Under the pieces are notes generated by a model, which searched no databases, was not told the DNA's origin, and saw nothing but the letters and a program-made list of their open reading frames with translations. A stretch of DNA of 64,000 bases. It comes from Methylotenera sp. (lineage in GTDB: Bacteria; Pseudomonadota; Gammaproteobacteria; Burkholderiales; Methylophilaceae). The position numbers and the translations under genes are program-made. The DNA is taken from the NCBI GenBank assembly GCA_021732365.1, contig JAKFVD010000017.1, forward strand, positions 270,543 to 334,542, written 5' to 3'. This document shows, one piece after another, positions 37,543 to 48,493 of the stretch; position 1 is the stretch's first letter, and each line of letters opens with the position of its first letter.

Positions 37543-40500
37543 TTAGGGCTGACAATCTTTTTTAAGTTTGTCGTCTGGTGCACAAGGCTTAAGCTTAGGA
37601 TTAGTCGGCGCTAATTCATCACCCAACGAAATCACTTCAACCGTAATTAACGACGGTAGCGCAGCAAGTTTGTTACCGTCTGTTTTGGTGGATTCTGCTA
37701 TCTCACTGCCCTGTTTGTTTTGCGCAGTCGGGTCGCTAGATGCAGGTGCAGTTAAGCCAGCCGCACCCGTACTCGCCACTGGTAAGCCAGTTGAAGTACC
37801 ACCCACCTTAATATTATCTGCACCAATAATGACACGTGCACCTAAATCAATATCGCCTGCCGAACGAATACCCGCTTCGCCTGCGTTAATTTCACCATAA
37901 GGCGCAAACAAACTGGCTCTGCCAGGCACGCCGCCTGTTGAGGTTAATGCTGCAATACCACTACCTGTTACCGCGCCAGAAAAGTCAAATGTCACTTGGC
38001 CATTTTGAATTGTAATTAAAGGTGGTGGTGTGCTAGATGATGTTTTTGCGCCGCGGCCCGCATCAATACTACCTAACGCAGAATACAAGAGCAAATCGCT
38101 ACCGCCCAATGTAAACACACGCGACTGATTCACTAAAAAGTCATCCCGCACGAAGCCCAGCAAATCGCCACCACGCAAGGTCACAATACCTAGTTCGCTA
38201 TCTGGTTTGGCAATATCGCTTGCCACTGCCAAGCCCGCATTTATCAATCCGCCTGGTACTAAAATTTCAATTGCACCGCCACTTTCACTTCTAATTTGAC
38301 TATAAAAAAGGCTTAAGTCACCAGGATTACTGACTTCTTCATTACCAATTCTCTCAAAACCGTTCATGATTGAGCCAGCGCTTGCCAACAGCGACTGCGT
38401 CGTTTCAGGTTGTGCAAAAGTTGGGAACATCGTCAAAATGGCGCGTTGTGAGCGTGAATAATCGCCAAATGAGCTATTGTTTACATCCAACGCATCGCGT
38501 CCACCCGCTCTTAATTCTGCAAAGTAAACACTATTAATAAAGCCAGTTTGCGATTCTTTATCTAATTGCCTAAATGCAGTTAATGCTTGAGTGCTATCAA
38601 TACTGCTATCGCCAGTTCGCGTGCGTATTAATTGCGTTAATTGCGGCAGATAAATACTAGAGTAAATAGATGATGGGTCAACGTAGGCATTTAAAACACC
38701 CTCAAAATCAGCAACTGCCGCTGCACCCGCTTGCACCAATAAATCAGCACCTTGCGTAGGCAAGAAAGGGTTATATAAATTGCCCAACGAACGAATACCA
38801 TCTGAAGTACCTAAATCAATATCTTTATTCGCAATTACATGCAAACGACCAGGACCAGTGACTTGAATACCACCATCTGAAATTTGCAGTGTGCCGCCAC
38901 TTTGGCCTGCGTCGTTGTAATAAATATTATTACCCGCTTCAATAACAGAAATATCGGTAGGGCGAATATTTTGCAAAACCACGTTAGCATCAACGACATC
39001 ATTGCCTGCACTAATAATAGCTGCCTTTGGAGTAATAAGCGGCGCTGCGATATTAAATGTGCTTACTCCGCCAGTAGTCACTTCGTTATTAAAAGCAATA
39101 TCGTTTAATGCGTAAATACGTACTGGCTCAGTATCATTGATATGCAGCAAACCTGCAGTATGTGCTGCACCACCTTGGAATGTACTAATTTGTGGTCGCG
39201 CAACACCTAAAAAGTTTGTTGTAATAAATGGTAAGGTGTTTGGATCTACTTCTGAAATTACCAAGCCATCAATATTAATATTATTACCTGCTAATAAAGT
39301 GGCATTGCCTGTTCTGGAAGGGAAAAGCGTGACTGATTCAATATTAATATTGCCATTTGGAGTTGCAGCAAATAAATTTGACGGATACGCCTCTGTATTA
39401 CCACGCACTTCGATATTACCAGCCAGCGAAACAGCATTCACTGCGGCATCTTCTGTATATGTGTAAAAATTTGCTAACCGTGTTCTGCTCTCAGACGAAG
39501 TAATTGTAGGGTTGGACGCACCAGTCACTGTAATATTTCCAGTTGCAACAAGTGAAGCTTGCCCGTCCATTAAGGCTAATGTGGCACTTAAATCACTGCC
39601 AGATTGCGCATTAATATCCCCTTTACCTGTGTAAAGCAGTACCTGTGAAACCGCGCCATTTGCTTGCAAGTTAACGTCGCCGCCGCCTAACTCTTCAAAA
39701 TTGGCTAAGTTAGGCGCTTCGTTTAATGGGCCACCTAGCCTACCATTATTAGCCGCAGCAATTTGTAAATTGCTGACTTGGCCAGCGGTCTGAATATTCA
39801 CATCGCCGCCACCAAGTGTCGCTAAGCCGTTAGTAAAACCAGCTGTCCTGTTAGCAGGAAGCCCAGTCGTAACAGTGTCATAACGATTCCACCATCTTGC
39901 CTGTGTATTTTGTGTCGTGCTATTTTGTGCAGTGTGAAAAACCCAATCCGTTACTGTCTGAGTTTGTGCCTCGCGCGCAGACCCCGCTAAATTACCCCCT
40001 AAGGCAATATTGATATCACCACCACCATCAGCATAAATTTCGCGATCTTGCGCAAATGAAAGACCTATAAAATCTACTGGGTTAGTAGTGTCTGGCAAAC
40101 CTGTGGTGTAAATCGCCGCGCCTGCACCATTCAAAGTGCCCAGATTAAGGTTATTACCCGCCGCTGCATGAATAAAACCCGTTCCAGTACGAACAAACTG
40201 ACCATCACGTACAGAAATGTTACCCGCTCCCGCTAAGGTTGTTTCAATATTAGCAGCTGTTCTATCTGCACCAGCAACTAAACGATAGCTCCAGCTACCA
40301 GTTCTTGGGGTGAGTATATTGCTAGTAACTGAAAACTGTTCGTAATCAATGTTACCGTTAATATTTAAATTGTTAGCTGCGCGTAAATTTAATATGCCGC
40401 CGCTGTTAACTAATAGGTTTGCAGCTGTAGTAGAGTTGCCCAATACCCAATTATTTTGAACAGTAAAGTTATTAGCAACCCCCACATTCAAGTCGCCTGT

Positions 40501-43500
40501 ACTAAAAATATCGACACTAGGCGCAATGATGGCGGCTAAGCCATCTCGAGTTGGGCTGAAGCTGGCAATAGTGGGTGCAATAGCCGCAGCAAAATTATTC
40601 GTATCGGTGCGAATGGTTGTCTGCTGAGCAGTGTTAATTGTAATGTTGGCTTGGTTACCAAAATCAGCATTCGTGTACTGTTTAACAGCTTCAATCAATA
40701 CGCGTCTAGCGCCTCTTACGGCGGCAGGGGCTTGATTATCAACATTTACACCGTTACCAGCACCTGCGCCTGTTCGGGCTGCTCTAAAAATCACATCGCC
40801 ATTTTCACCTCTAACTGCGCCTACTTGGTCACCAGATACATCGATTAATGCGCCTGATAAACCATTTGCATCGCTAGCAACCGTTCTTACAATACCTGTA
40901 TCAGACGAAATAATCACATCACCACCGTTACCTAAACTACCAGCTGTGCTGTTTGTATCTGCTAAACCTTTAGCAAGTAATTTTGCACCGCGATTAATGG
41001 TGACATTATCTTGAGCAAACAACTCAATATTGCCACCTTTATTGCCAGACGCATCAATCGTACCGTTAACCGTAATTGCGCCTTGGTCAACGTTCACTTT
41101 TACATTATTGGCGGTAATTTTATCGCTTGCGCCAATCGTAATATCGCCCTCACGCACACGGAATATTTGTTCTGCGGCAAAATTACCAAGCGCTGCAAGC
41201 ACCTGGCTAATATTGCTAATCGATTTTGCATCAACGCTGGCTATGGCTTTTTTACCAGACTCAACTGCTTTAATCGTACCTGCCAATCGCACATCGCCAT
41301 TAACCGCAGATGCGCTAAAGCGACCTGCATCGCCATTTCCTGCGGCTGATACATTCACCAACGCACCTGTTTGCACATCAATATCGCCATTGGCCGATTG
41401 CAAGGCAACACTGCCTGCTGGCAATGCAACTGTTTGGTCGTTAATGGTGAAAAGCGAGCCTGTTACATCAATACTAGCGCCATCTTCAAGGGTAACGTTA
41501 TCGGTGGCTGCTGCACCTGTTGCGCTAACAGTTACTTGACCGCCTTTTACAACAATCGCTGCTGCATGTCTGTCAGTTATATTAGATGCTTGCGTGGTAC
41601 CGCCAGCTAAAATAACTTTATCACCCGATAAAGTTAAACGAGTACCTTGTGATTGTGGATTGGCTAAATTGGTTGGCTGAGCGCCTACAGAACCTTGCAC
41701 TTTTAATGTACCCGCATTTAAATTACCTGCATTAATAGCGTAATCTGCGCGGCTTGCAGTAGTTAAGCGTGGTGCGCTTAAGGTTAAATTATTATCTGCC
41801 AATAATTGGTTTGGTGTGGCAGCTGCCGTTGGCCTTGCTGTGCTGCCTGCTGCAACGATTTCTCTGCTGGCGTTAATATCAATTTGGTCATAGCCAGCTA
41901 AGCGCACGGTGTTATTGCCAAGATTAACTGTTTCTGCCTGAATAACTAAATTACCAGTGCCTAGCGTCGGCACAGTACCATTACTTAACGCTGTTGCCGG
42001 GGCGAAAACTGCATTATTGTTATTGCCAATGGTTAAGTTTTGGGCAGTGATTGTGGCGGTTTGGCCATTATTCTGGTAACCCGCAAGCCCTGCACTTTGC
42101 AGCGTTAAATCAAAACCATTGTTACCAAATGTGGCACTGCCATAAACATCAATCGTCGATTGGCTATTTAAACTTAAGCTACCTGCTGTCGTAAATTCTG
42201 CTAATTGCTCATCTTGTAACCACAGGCCATCTGCAACAGATTCGCCATTTACTGGCGCACCTAAACTAATACGGCCAGATGAAAATGCAAGCGCAGCACC
42301 TTCGGCAAACTCAATATCACCTTGTAAGCTTGTATTTCTAGATCCATCTAACAATACAGAGCCGTCTGCTGTAACAGTCGCACCTGTATCAATCATTAAA
42401 TCACCTCTGTCTGCATTGACATTGGTGCGCGTTAACGTTGCTGCCGCGCCACCTGAAACACGCACTAAAGCGCCGTCACCATCTAATACACCTGCGCTAT
42501 TTGCTACGTTACCAATAGTGATATTTCTAGCCGCAGCACCAGTACCACGGCCAGTTAAAGTAGCACCGCTATCTAACCTAACTGTATCTGTGGCAGCTAA
42601 AATCACTTCTGGCCCAGTCACATTTGCGTTGCCATTTAAGCGTACTTCGCCTGATACCACATCAACGTTGCCTTGGCTGCGGGTGCCGCCTAGTAATAAA
42701 CTCGCAGCATTAAAATTGGCTAATGTTGTTTCATCAATCGCTAGGTAATTAATGCCATTTAAATCCACTTGGCCTGTTTGCTCTCCCGCGCCTACCACCA
42801 ATAAATTCGGCGCGGCAATATCGACTTCTGAGCCAGAGCCTCCTTGTTGAGTGATAGCGGTTAATGTGCCTCGCAATACCAAACTTTCAGTCGCGGCAAT
42901 GGATAAGCGGCCTGCATCAACTGTACGTTGCGCTTGTGTGTTACCGCTAAAAAAAGCGCTTGCAGTCGTTGTATTGTATTGTGCTAAGCGATAAGCATCG
43001 GCACCTGAACGCACCACAAAACCTGCTGTACGCGCTGTTTGTGTATAGCCGTTGCTGGTGTAAGCAGCTAGGTGACCAGAAACTAAAGTACTACCGTTTA
43101 CTAAGGTTGATGTTAAACCTGCGGTTCTATCTTGTGCGCCCGATACCGCTGAAACCAAGACGGCACCTGGCAATAATGCATAACGTGCTGGTAATAATGT
43201 GTAGTAACCTGCTGCAACGCCTGGCGCGCCAGAAATATACACCGCATCGCCCGCCTTAATGTTGCTGCCTTGCCAATATTGCGGATCAAAACTGGCAAAG
43301 GTTTGATTATTGTTGGGCAAAATCACCCAAGTGTTAGTGGCATTTTGCCCAAATGCCTGCTGATTGGCGTCGGCCGCTAATACATCGCTGCTGCCGCCCA
43401 AGCCAGGCACCCATTCGTAAGCAAATAAATCACCGCTACCACTAATGTCAATCACGCTATCTTCGTTTTGATTTACATTTGGCGCGTTAAGGCTTACTAC

Positions 43501-46500
43501 ACGCTCTGGTGCTGAATTTAAAACTAAATTTGCAGGGCCAAAATCATACAAATAATCTAAGCCATCTTGCTGCGTAAAACCAAACGGAATTAATGCATTT
43601 TGTGCCGAAACTGAGGTGACGCTGCCTGCATTTAGATTCAGTGTTTCACTGGCATTTAAAGCAATGGTGCCGAAAGGGGCTAACAATACGCCATTTTGGT
43701 TAATGGTTTCAGCATTAATATTTAACGTGCCGCCTGCAGATAACACTGCATCATAGCCACCTGTTGGGTTAATTTTGTTGATTGTCACCGTGCTACCGAT
43801 GCCACTTACAGTAATCGTGTAATCAGTCAGGGTAGTTGGATAAATTTGGCGCGCATTTAATTCAAGCGCACCTGTGGTTAGCAATGTGCCAGTAGGTGGT
43901 TGTCTAAATCCGCCAGCGGCTACATTTGGGTTACTAATACCCGTTAATCGAATATCACCTTGGCTATTAATAGCCGTGTTAGAAAAGCCTGATAAGGCAA
44001 ATGAACCTCTTAAATCAGCTAAATTCGCATTCACAGTAAATTGTGCGTTACCAGCCACTGGTGTCGTAGCAGTATATTCAGAGTTCGGTCTGATTGCTTG
44101 TGTTTCAAATTCATTTGCAAGTACAACATTTGGTGCTGTTAATGTGACCGATGAATCTGCCGTCGCTTCTATCACTCTGGCATTTAAACTAATACTGCGC
44201 GAAGTGGTTAAATTGACATCGCCAGTAAAACGTACACCGTATTCTGATTTTAATGCAACATCGCTAAAACCACCCTCAGTTATACGGTCAGCAGAAATTT
44301 TTGCAACGCCACTTGCGGCTGGTTGCACTGCATCACCCACATTTAAACTATCTGGCACAAATGTACCCGATTGCGCCACATCAATATACCAAAGTTGGTC
44401 TGGCGCATTACCTACATTAATATCTGATGGTAATGTTCCTGGGTAAGGGGACGTTATTAAACCCAGACTAGTAGTACCACCACGCGTTAAGCGCACATCT
44501 AAACCACCAGCTAAACCACCAGGTGATGATGCATTAAAAGTAGAGTCCAGCAATATGCCTTCACGCGCACTAACTGAAACTTCACCGCCATTACTGACAA
44601 TTCTGGTTGGCGTAATATTATTGGTATTACGAACATCTACTACAGCAGAAGTACCTGCTACATTAATTTCTGACCCAGTTTTTGCTACTACAAAGCCTTT
44701 GTTGGCTTCGATATTGACATGGCCACCATCATAAACAGTACCAATACGCTGATTCACATTGTTTGGCATCAACACAGTATGTCCGCTGGCATTTAACACC
44801 GAATTTTCGCCTAGCCAAATTGCTTGCGCGGCATTGTAACCATTATCATCGATTGCAGATGGTGATCCATTCATTACCAAAGAAATATCACCGCCCAAGG
44901 CTTGCAATGTGCCATCTACAACAATTTGATTATCCCATGCTGATAGTGAAATGCTTGGCACTACTGTGCCGCCAGTTACTGACTCTCTTGCGCCATTTGA
45001 ATCTACTTTAATATTAGCGTTGGCTTCAACAACAATACTGCCTCTGGACACACCACTAGCTAAAAATGGGTCTGACACTGTTGCCATTAATGCTGACTGC
45101 GTTGCTAAAGTTAATGTGGTTGAAGCGCGATTAAATGCGGGCAAAAGCGTTGGTGTGGCGAAATCATTGACGCGTGCGCCTGTTCTTTGTAACTGAAAAT
45201 TTCTATTTAACTGGTAATTTTTAGCGACAACACTGACATCGGTATTGCTTCGCACAATCACACCATCACGGCCTGTTAAATTAAAGCTGGCAAAACCGCT
45301 ATCCTGAAAAAATTCTGGTGTTGCTAAAAACTCACGTGCGTCGCCAAAACCACTATTGCCGATTGTAATAAAAGGCGCTGTAATAGATAAATCACCACCA
45401 GTACCCAGCGCAAAACCACGCAGTTCACCGTTAAGTTTTGGCGCAACATAAGTAAATGGGTTAAGCGCTGTGCCTTGATCTACTTGCGTAGCAATGCTAA
45501 TGCTACCTGCATTACCATTATCTAGTTCGGCTCTGTTACGCACATTATGCAAATAGCCACCACCAGAAACATCAACCAAACTACCCGTGCCCAACGTTAC
45601 TTCATCGGTAGAGCTAATACTGACACTGCCGCCATGCTCTTGAATGCGACCTGTTTGTAATACCCCATTGGTGTCATTAATCCAATTGCCAGAAACGTCT
45701 AACTTAACACCATTAGCAACGGTAATATTAGTATCGGCTGAGCCAACAACTCCCTCTATAAATTCGGTGGTTAATGCAATATCGCCGCTACGTGAAACGA
45801 TATTTTGATTCACTTGAATTTCACGCCCAGTGATTGCAATTTTTGCACCATTCACCAAGTTAACTGCACTATTCACTTGCACACTGCCACCAGTGGCAAT
45901 CGCAATATCTTCAAAACCACTGCGGCTTAACATGCCTGCATCAATTTCAACTGTATTAACACGGCTTGCTGGTAACGCAGAATCGGCAGCAAAGTCGCTA
46001 GATAACGCAACTGTGTTGCCAATATTAACGTTCTGCGCTGGCGTTAGTGTAGTTGGCAATATTAAGTTAATCGACAATTGCGCCATTATATTGTCGGCTT
46101 CACGTTGTCTTTCACCGTAAATTGCACCACCAGTTAACTGTCCATCTAATACAATTGTTGAAGCCTCAATCTGTAAAGCCACAGCTTGTGTTTGGCCTTC
46201 TTGTGCGTTTAGCACTCTGCCATTTATTAGTCTACTGCCTCTGCCTTCGGTGTAGCCTGCTTCTTGCAGTTCACGCACATTGCTTTCACCTAAAAAGTCC
46301 ACTATTAATGTATCGACAGGCGCATCACCTAATTTGTAGTTTAAGCCATCTGCTGCAACCACCCAGGTTTCTCGACTTATGCCCGTATTAAATCGTAATG
46401 AGCCGCCAGAAACATCCACTGTAGAACCCGTACGCTGAATAAAATCACCCTCAGATCGTAATATAACCGCGCCGCCATCGGCTAATTTTTCACCTATGGC

Positions 46501-48348
46501 ACGTGGTACTTGGCGCACAAATCCTGCTAAGTTAGCCACGCGAGGGTCTGGCGTATTGCGAATATCAAACATTACAAATTGCCGATTTAAAAATTCGTTT
46601 CGGTTGATCGGGTCATCGTTAAGATCGGTTTGCGTTAATAAAGCCTCTACAAAGTTACGGCCTAAATCCACCTCTACATTTTTTAAACCTGCTGCATCCA
46701 CCAATGTATCTTTACCCAAATAAAGTCGTGATTGGGTTTCTGGATTAGTGCTACCAATGCCTTGACCAAATAACTGCCCCGTTTGCGCTGTAATATTGAT
46801 AAAGCCGCCAGGCACGACGATTTTGGCGTTATCGTTAACAGTCACCTGTCTGCCAATTGCTTCTAGTACAGGTGGATTAAACACTTGGTCATCGGTAATG
46901 GTAGTACCTGTTACATTGACTGCTGATAACACTTTATTCAAATACGATTTATCGCCGCCTCTTGCTTCAGGCTCTCCGATTTGTGGTGATGAAAATAATT
47001 CATTCACCTTGTAAACAGCGGCTTTATCTTCAGCCAAGATAGTAGTCACACTATTTTCGCCAAAACTTAGTTGGCCGTTGCGGCTAGCCGTAATTAAGGT
47101 GTTAGGAATTGATTCATTGCCAACGGTTAATCGATTAGTAAATTGCGTGGCTATATTGTTTGCATCATAAACCAGCTCATCCGACTCTAAGGCTCTTGTA
47201 TCTCTTGCCAACAAACGTATTGAGCCTTTTTGGGTGGCTGATGAAGTCGCAGTAACACGTCCATTTTGATTCACCAAGTATGACGCCATAGTGACATTTC
47301 CGCGCTGGGCCAAAATACGGCCAGATGTGTCATTGGTTACTGTGCCAAATAGCTCTGTGGCTTGATCTTCAATCAATGGGTCAATTTCATCTGGTTTTAG
47401 TTGGTAAGAATCCACCTCTACCAATATGCCTGCTAAACCTTTAAGCGCTGAATCATCTGCATAATCAAATGTACCTGATGACACCTCATTCAGTTCTGGT
47501 GCGTAAGACAAATACACTTTTTCACCAGCCGCCAACGCCACTTGGCCTCCGTTAGTTTCAATACTGCCTTGGTTAATCACTTTTGGGGCAAATAATAAAA
47601 CTGAGCTACCTAAGGCTGCTTTAATTTGCGCATCTGGTTCTACTTGTACTAATACGGTTTGAAAGCCATTTGCATCACCGCCCCAGTTATAAGCGGCACG
47701 GTTAGTGCCTAAAAAAGCGGGTAATAAATGGCCTTGCTCACTTAAAAAATCGGTATCTTGCAATTCGAGTGCAGATGCCACCAAACCATTCACATTCACG
47801 CGTGCGCCGTTGGCAAACAAAATACCATTTTGGTTAATCAAATAAACGCTACCGTTTGGTGAGTTTAGTGCACCCTGAATAATACTTTTAGGGCCATTAA
47901 TACGGACCAAAGTAGCCGAACCCGCGCCACCTAAATGATTAAAGTTAACGGTGGCAGCAGAGCCAATATTAAAATTGGTACCCTGCAAAATACCTTTTTG
48001 AGTGATTTGATTAATATTTAATTGTTGCGCACTTATAGCTGCAGGCAGCAGTGCGCCTGCACCCGCCACGCCACCATTATCGCCTCTAAAAGTTCCACTG
48101 GTGATAGTTAAGCCAGTTGGCAAAGTGTTTGGTAGTACTGGGTCTGCAAATGAAACCTTAACCGACCCTACTAAGCTAATACCCAGTATTAAAATAGTTA
48201 AGCTGATTTTTTTAGATTGTTTAAGCGCTTTTTTAAATGCTTTTCCAGCGCCATTTTTGCCAGATTGATGCCCATGAACATGCTCACCTACCGCCATCCA
48301 AATACCGCGAGATGTGTTGTAAACAAGACGATAAATTCCAATATTCAT
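37543..48348 (-). CDS. Giant TpsA exoprotein (filamentous-haemagglutinin family adhesin, 3601 aa)
   Basis: ESPR-like extended signal peptide MNIGIYRLVYNTSRGIWMAVGE. TPS domain with SPNGSVYLINQNGILFANGARVNV. Thousands of residues of G/N/T/A/V-rich beta-helix repeats. No VENN motif was seen. Confidence 0.9.
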   Translation of the reverse strand: MNIGIYRLVYNTSRGIWMAVGEHVHGHQSGKNGAGKAFKKALKQSKKISLTILILGISLVGSVKVSFADPVLPNTLPTGLTITSGTFRGDNGGVAGAGALLPAAISAQQLNINQITQKGILQGTNFNIGSAATVNFNHLGGAGSATLVRINGPKSIIQGALNSPNGSVYLINQNGILFANGARVNVNGLVASALELQDTDFLSEQGHLLPAFLGTNRAAYNWGGDANGFQTVLVQVEPDAQIKAALGSSVLLFAPKVINQGSIETNGGQVALAAGEKVYLSYAPELNEVSSGTFDYADDSALKGLAGILVEVDSYQLKPDEIDPLIEDQATELFGTVTNDTSGRILAQRGNVTMASYLVNQNGRVTATSSATQKGSIRLLARDTRALESDELVYDANNIATQFTNRLTVGNESIPNTLITASRNGQLSFGENSVTTILAEDKAAVYKVNELFSSPQIGEPEARGGDKSYLNKVLSAVNVTGTTITDDQVFNPPVLEAIGRQVTVNDNAKIVVPGGFINITAQTGQLFGQGIGSTNPETQSRLYLGKDTLVDAAGLKNVEVDLGRNFVEALLTQTDLNDDPINRNEFLNRQFVMFDIRNTPDPRVANLAGFVRQVPRAIGEKLADGGAVILRSEGDFIQRTGSTVDVSGGSLRFNTGISRETWVVAADGLNYKLGDAPVDTLIVDFLGESNVRELQEAGYTEGRGSRLINGRVLNAQEGQTQAVALQIEASTIVLDGQLTGGAIYGERQREADNIMAQLSINLILPTTLTPAQNVNIGNTVALSSDFAADSALPASRVNTVEIDAGMLSRSGFEDIAIATGGSVQVNSAVNLVNGAKIAITGREIQVNQNIVSRSGDIALTTEFIEGVVGSADTNITVANGVKLDVSGNWINDTNGVLQTGRIQEHGGSVSISSTDEVTLGTGSLVDVSGGGYLHNVRNRAELDNGNAGSISIATQVDQGTALNPFTYVAPKLNGELRGFALGTGGDLSITAPFITIGNSGFGDAREFLATPEFFQDSGFASFNLTGRDGVIVRSNTDVSVVAKNYQLNRNFQLQRTGARVNDFATPTLLPAFNRASTTLTLATQSALMATVSDPFLASGVSRGSIVVEANANIKVDSNGARESVTGGTVVPSISLSAWDNQIVVDGTLQALGGDISLVMNGSPSAIDDNGYNAAQAIWLGENSVLNASGHTVLMPNNVNQRIGTVYDGGHVNIEANKGFVVAKTGSEINVAGTSAVVDVRNTNNITPTRIVSNGGEVSVSAREGILLDSTFNASSPGGLAGGLDVRLTRGGTTSLGLITSPYPGTLPSDINVGNAPDQLWYIDVAQSGTFVPDSLNVGDAVQPAASGVAKISADRITEGGFSDVALKSEYGVRFTGDVNLTTSRSISLNARVIEATADSSVTLTAPNVVLANEFETQAIRPNSEYTATTPVAGNAQFTVNANLADLRGSFALSGFSNTAINSQGDIRLTGISNPNVAAGGFRQPPTGTLLTTGALELNARQIYPTTLTDYTITVSGIGSTVTINKINPTGGYDAVLSAGGTLNINAETINQNGVLLAPFGTIALNASETLNLNAGSVTSVSAQNALIPFGFTQQDGLDYLYDFGPANLVLNSAPERVVSLNAPNVNQNEDSVIDISGSGDLFAYEWVPGLGGSSDVLAADANQQAFGQNATNTWVILPNNNQTFASFDPQYWQGSNIKAGDAVYISGAPGVAAGYYTLLPARYALLPGAVLVSAVSGAQDRTAGLTSTLVNGSTLVSGHLAAYTSNGYTQTARTAGFVVRSGADAYRLAQYNTTTASAFFSGNTQAQRTVDAGRLSIAATESLVLRGTLTAITQQGGSGSEVDIAAPNLLVVGAGEQTGQVDLNGINYLAIDETTLANFNAASLLLGGTRSQGNVDVVSGEVRLNGNANVTGPEVILAATDTVRLDSGATLTGRGTGAAARNITIGNVANSAGVLDGDGALVRVSGGAAATLTRTNVNADRGDLMIDTGATVTADGSVLLDGSRNTSLQGDIEFAEGAALAFSSGRISLGAPVNGESVADGLWLQDEQLAEFTTAGSLSLNSQSTIDVYGSATFGNNGFDLTLQSAGLAGYQNNGQTATITAQNLTIGNNNNAVFAPATALSNGTVPTLGTGNLVIQAETVNLGNNTVRLAGYDQIDINASREIVAAGSTARPTAAATPNQLLADNNLTLSAPRLTTASRADYAINAGNLNAGTLKVQGSVGAQPTNLANPQSQGTRLTLSGDKVILAGGTTQASNITDRHAAAIVVKGGQVTVSATGAAATDNVTLEDGASIDVTGSLFTINDQTVALPAGSVALQSANGDIDVQTGALVNVSAAGNGDAGRFSASAVNGDVRLAGTIKAVESGKKAIASVDAKSISNISQVLAALGNFAAEQIFRVREGDITIGASDKITANNVKVNVDQGAITVNGTIDASGNKGGNIELFAQDNVTINRGAKLLAKGLADTNSTAGSLGNGGDVIISSDTGIVRTVASDANGLSGALIDVSGDQVGAVRGENGDVIFRAARTGAGAGNGVNVDNQAPAAVRGARRVLIEAVKQYTNADFGNQANITINTAQQTTIRTDTNNFAAAIAPTIASFSPTRDGLAAIIAPSVDIFSTGDLNVGVANNFTVQNNWVLGNSTTAANLLVNSGGILNLRAANNLNINGNIDYEQFSVTSNILTPRTGSWSYRLVAGADRTAANIETTLAGAGNISVRDGQFVRTGTGFIHAAAGNNLNLGTLNGAGAAIYTTGLPDTTNPVDFIGLSFAQDREIYADGGGDINIALGGNLAGSAREAQTQTVTDWVFHTAQNSTTQNTQARWWNRYDTVTTGLPANRTAGFTNGLATLGGGDVNIQTAGQVSNLQIAAANNGRLGGPLNEAPNLANFEELGGGDVNLQANGAVSQVLLYTGKGDINAQSGSDLSATLALMDGQASLVATGNITVTGASNPTITSSESRTRLANFYTYTEDAAVNAVSLAGNIEVRGNTEAYPSNLFAATPNGNINIESVTLFPSRTGNATLLAGNNINIDGLVISEVDPNTLPFITTNFLGVARPQISTFQGGAAHTAGLLHINDTEPVRIYALNDIAFNNEVTTGGVSTFNIAAPLITPKAAIISAGNDVVDANVVLQNIRPTDISVIEAGNNIYYNDAGQSGGTLQISDGGIQVTGPGRLHVIANKDIDLGTSDGIRSLGNLYNPFLPTQGADLLVQAGAAAVADFEGVLNAYVDPSSIYSSIYLPQLTQLIRTRTGDSSIDSTQALTAFRQLDKESQTGFINSVYFAELRAGGRDALDVNNSSFGDYSRSQRAILTMFPTFAQPETTQSLLASAGSIMNGFERIGNEEVSNPGDLSLFYSQIRSESGGAIEILVPGGLINAGLAVASDIAKPDSELGIVTLRGGDLLGFVRDDFLVNQSRVFTLGGSDLLLYSALGSIDAGRGAKTSSSTPPPLITIQNGQVTFDFSGAVTGSGIAALTSTGGVPGRASLFAPYGEINAGEAGIRSAGDIDLGARVIIGADNIKVGGTSTGLPVASTGAAGLTAPASSDPTAQNKQGSEIAESTKTDGNKLAALPSLITVEVISLGDELAPTNPKLKPCAPDDKLKKDCQP

Positions 48349-48493
48349 AGCATTAATCCTTTTAAAACATTCAAATCAAACAACTCAAATATCCAATTTA
48401 AAACAAATTACTTAACAACCATTTTCTGTGCATTTTTTGCCAAAAAATAATGGTTAACTAACTTTAATTTTGCAGCCTATTCAGTAGCACAAA

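Noticed and set aside
37543-37900. Contact-dependent inhibition (CdiA-CT toxin plus immunity) at the 3' end of tpsA.
   Set aside because: I found no VENN or pre-toxin motif. No small immunity ORF follows the stop codon, since the next gene is tpsB. The C-terminus is short and low in complexity.
37568-47014. Many plus-strand ORFs of 60-190 aa inside the tpsA region, for example 41030-41539, 43874-44446 and 42416-42748.
   Set aside because: All lie wholly antisense within the uninterrupted 3601-aa ORF. They have mirror-image low-complexity composition (A/S/P/T/V-rich), no start context and no recognisable domains. They are shadow ORFs of a repetitive gene.
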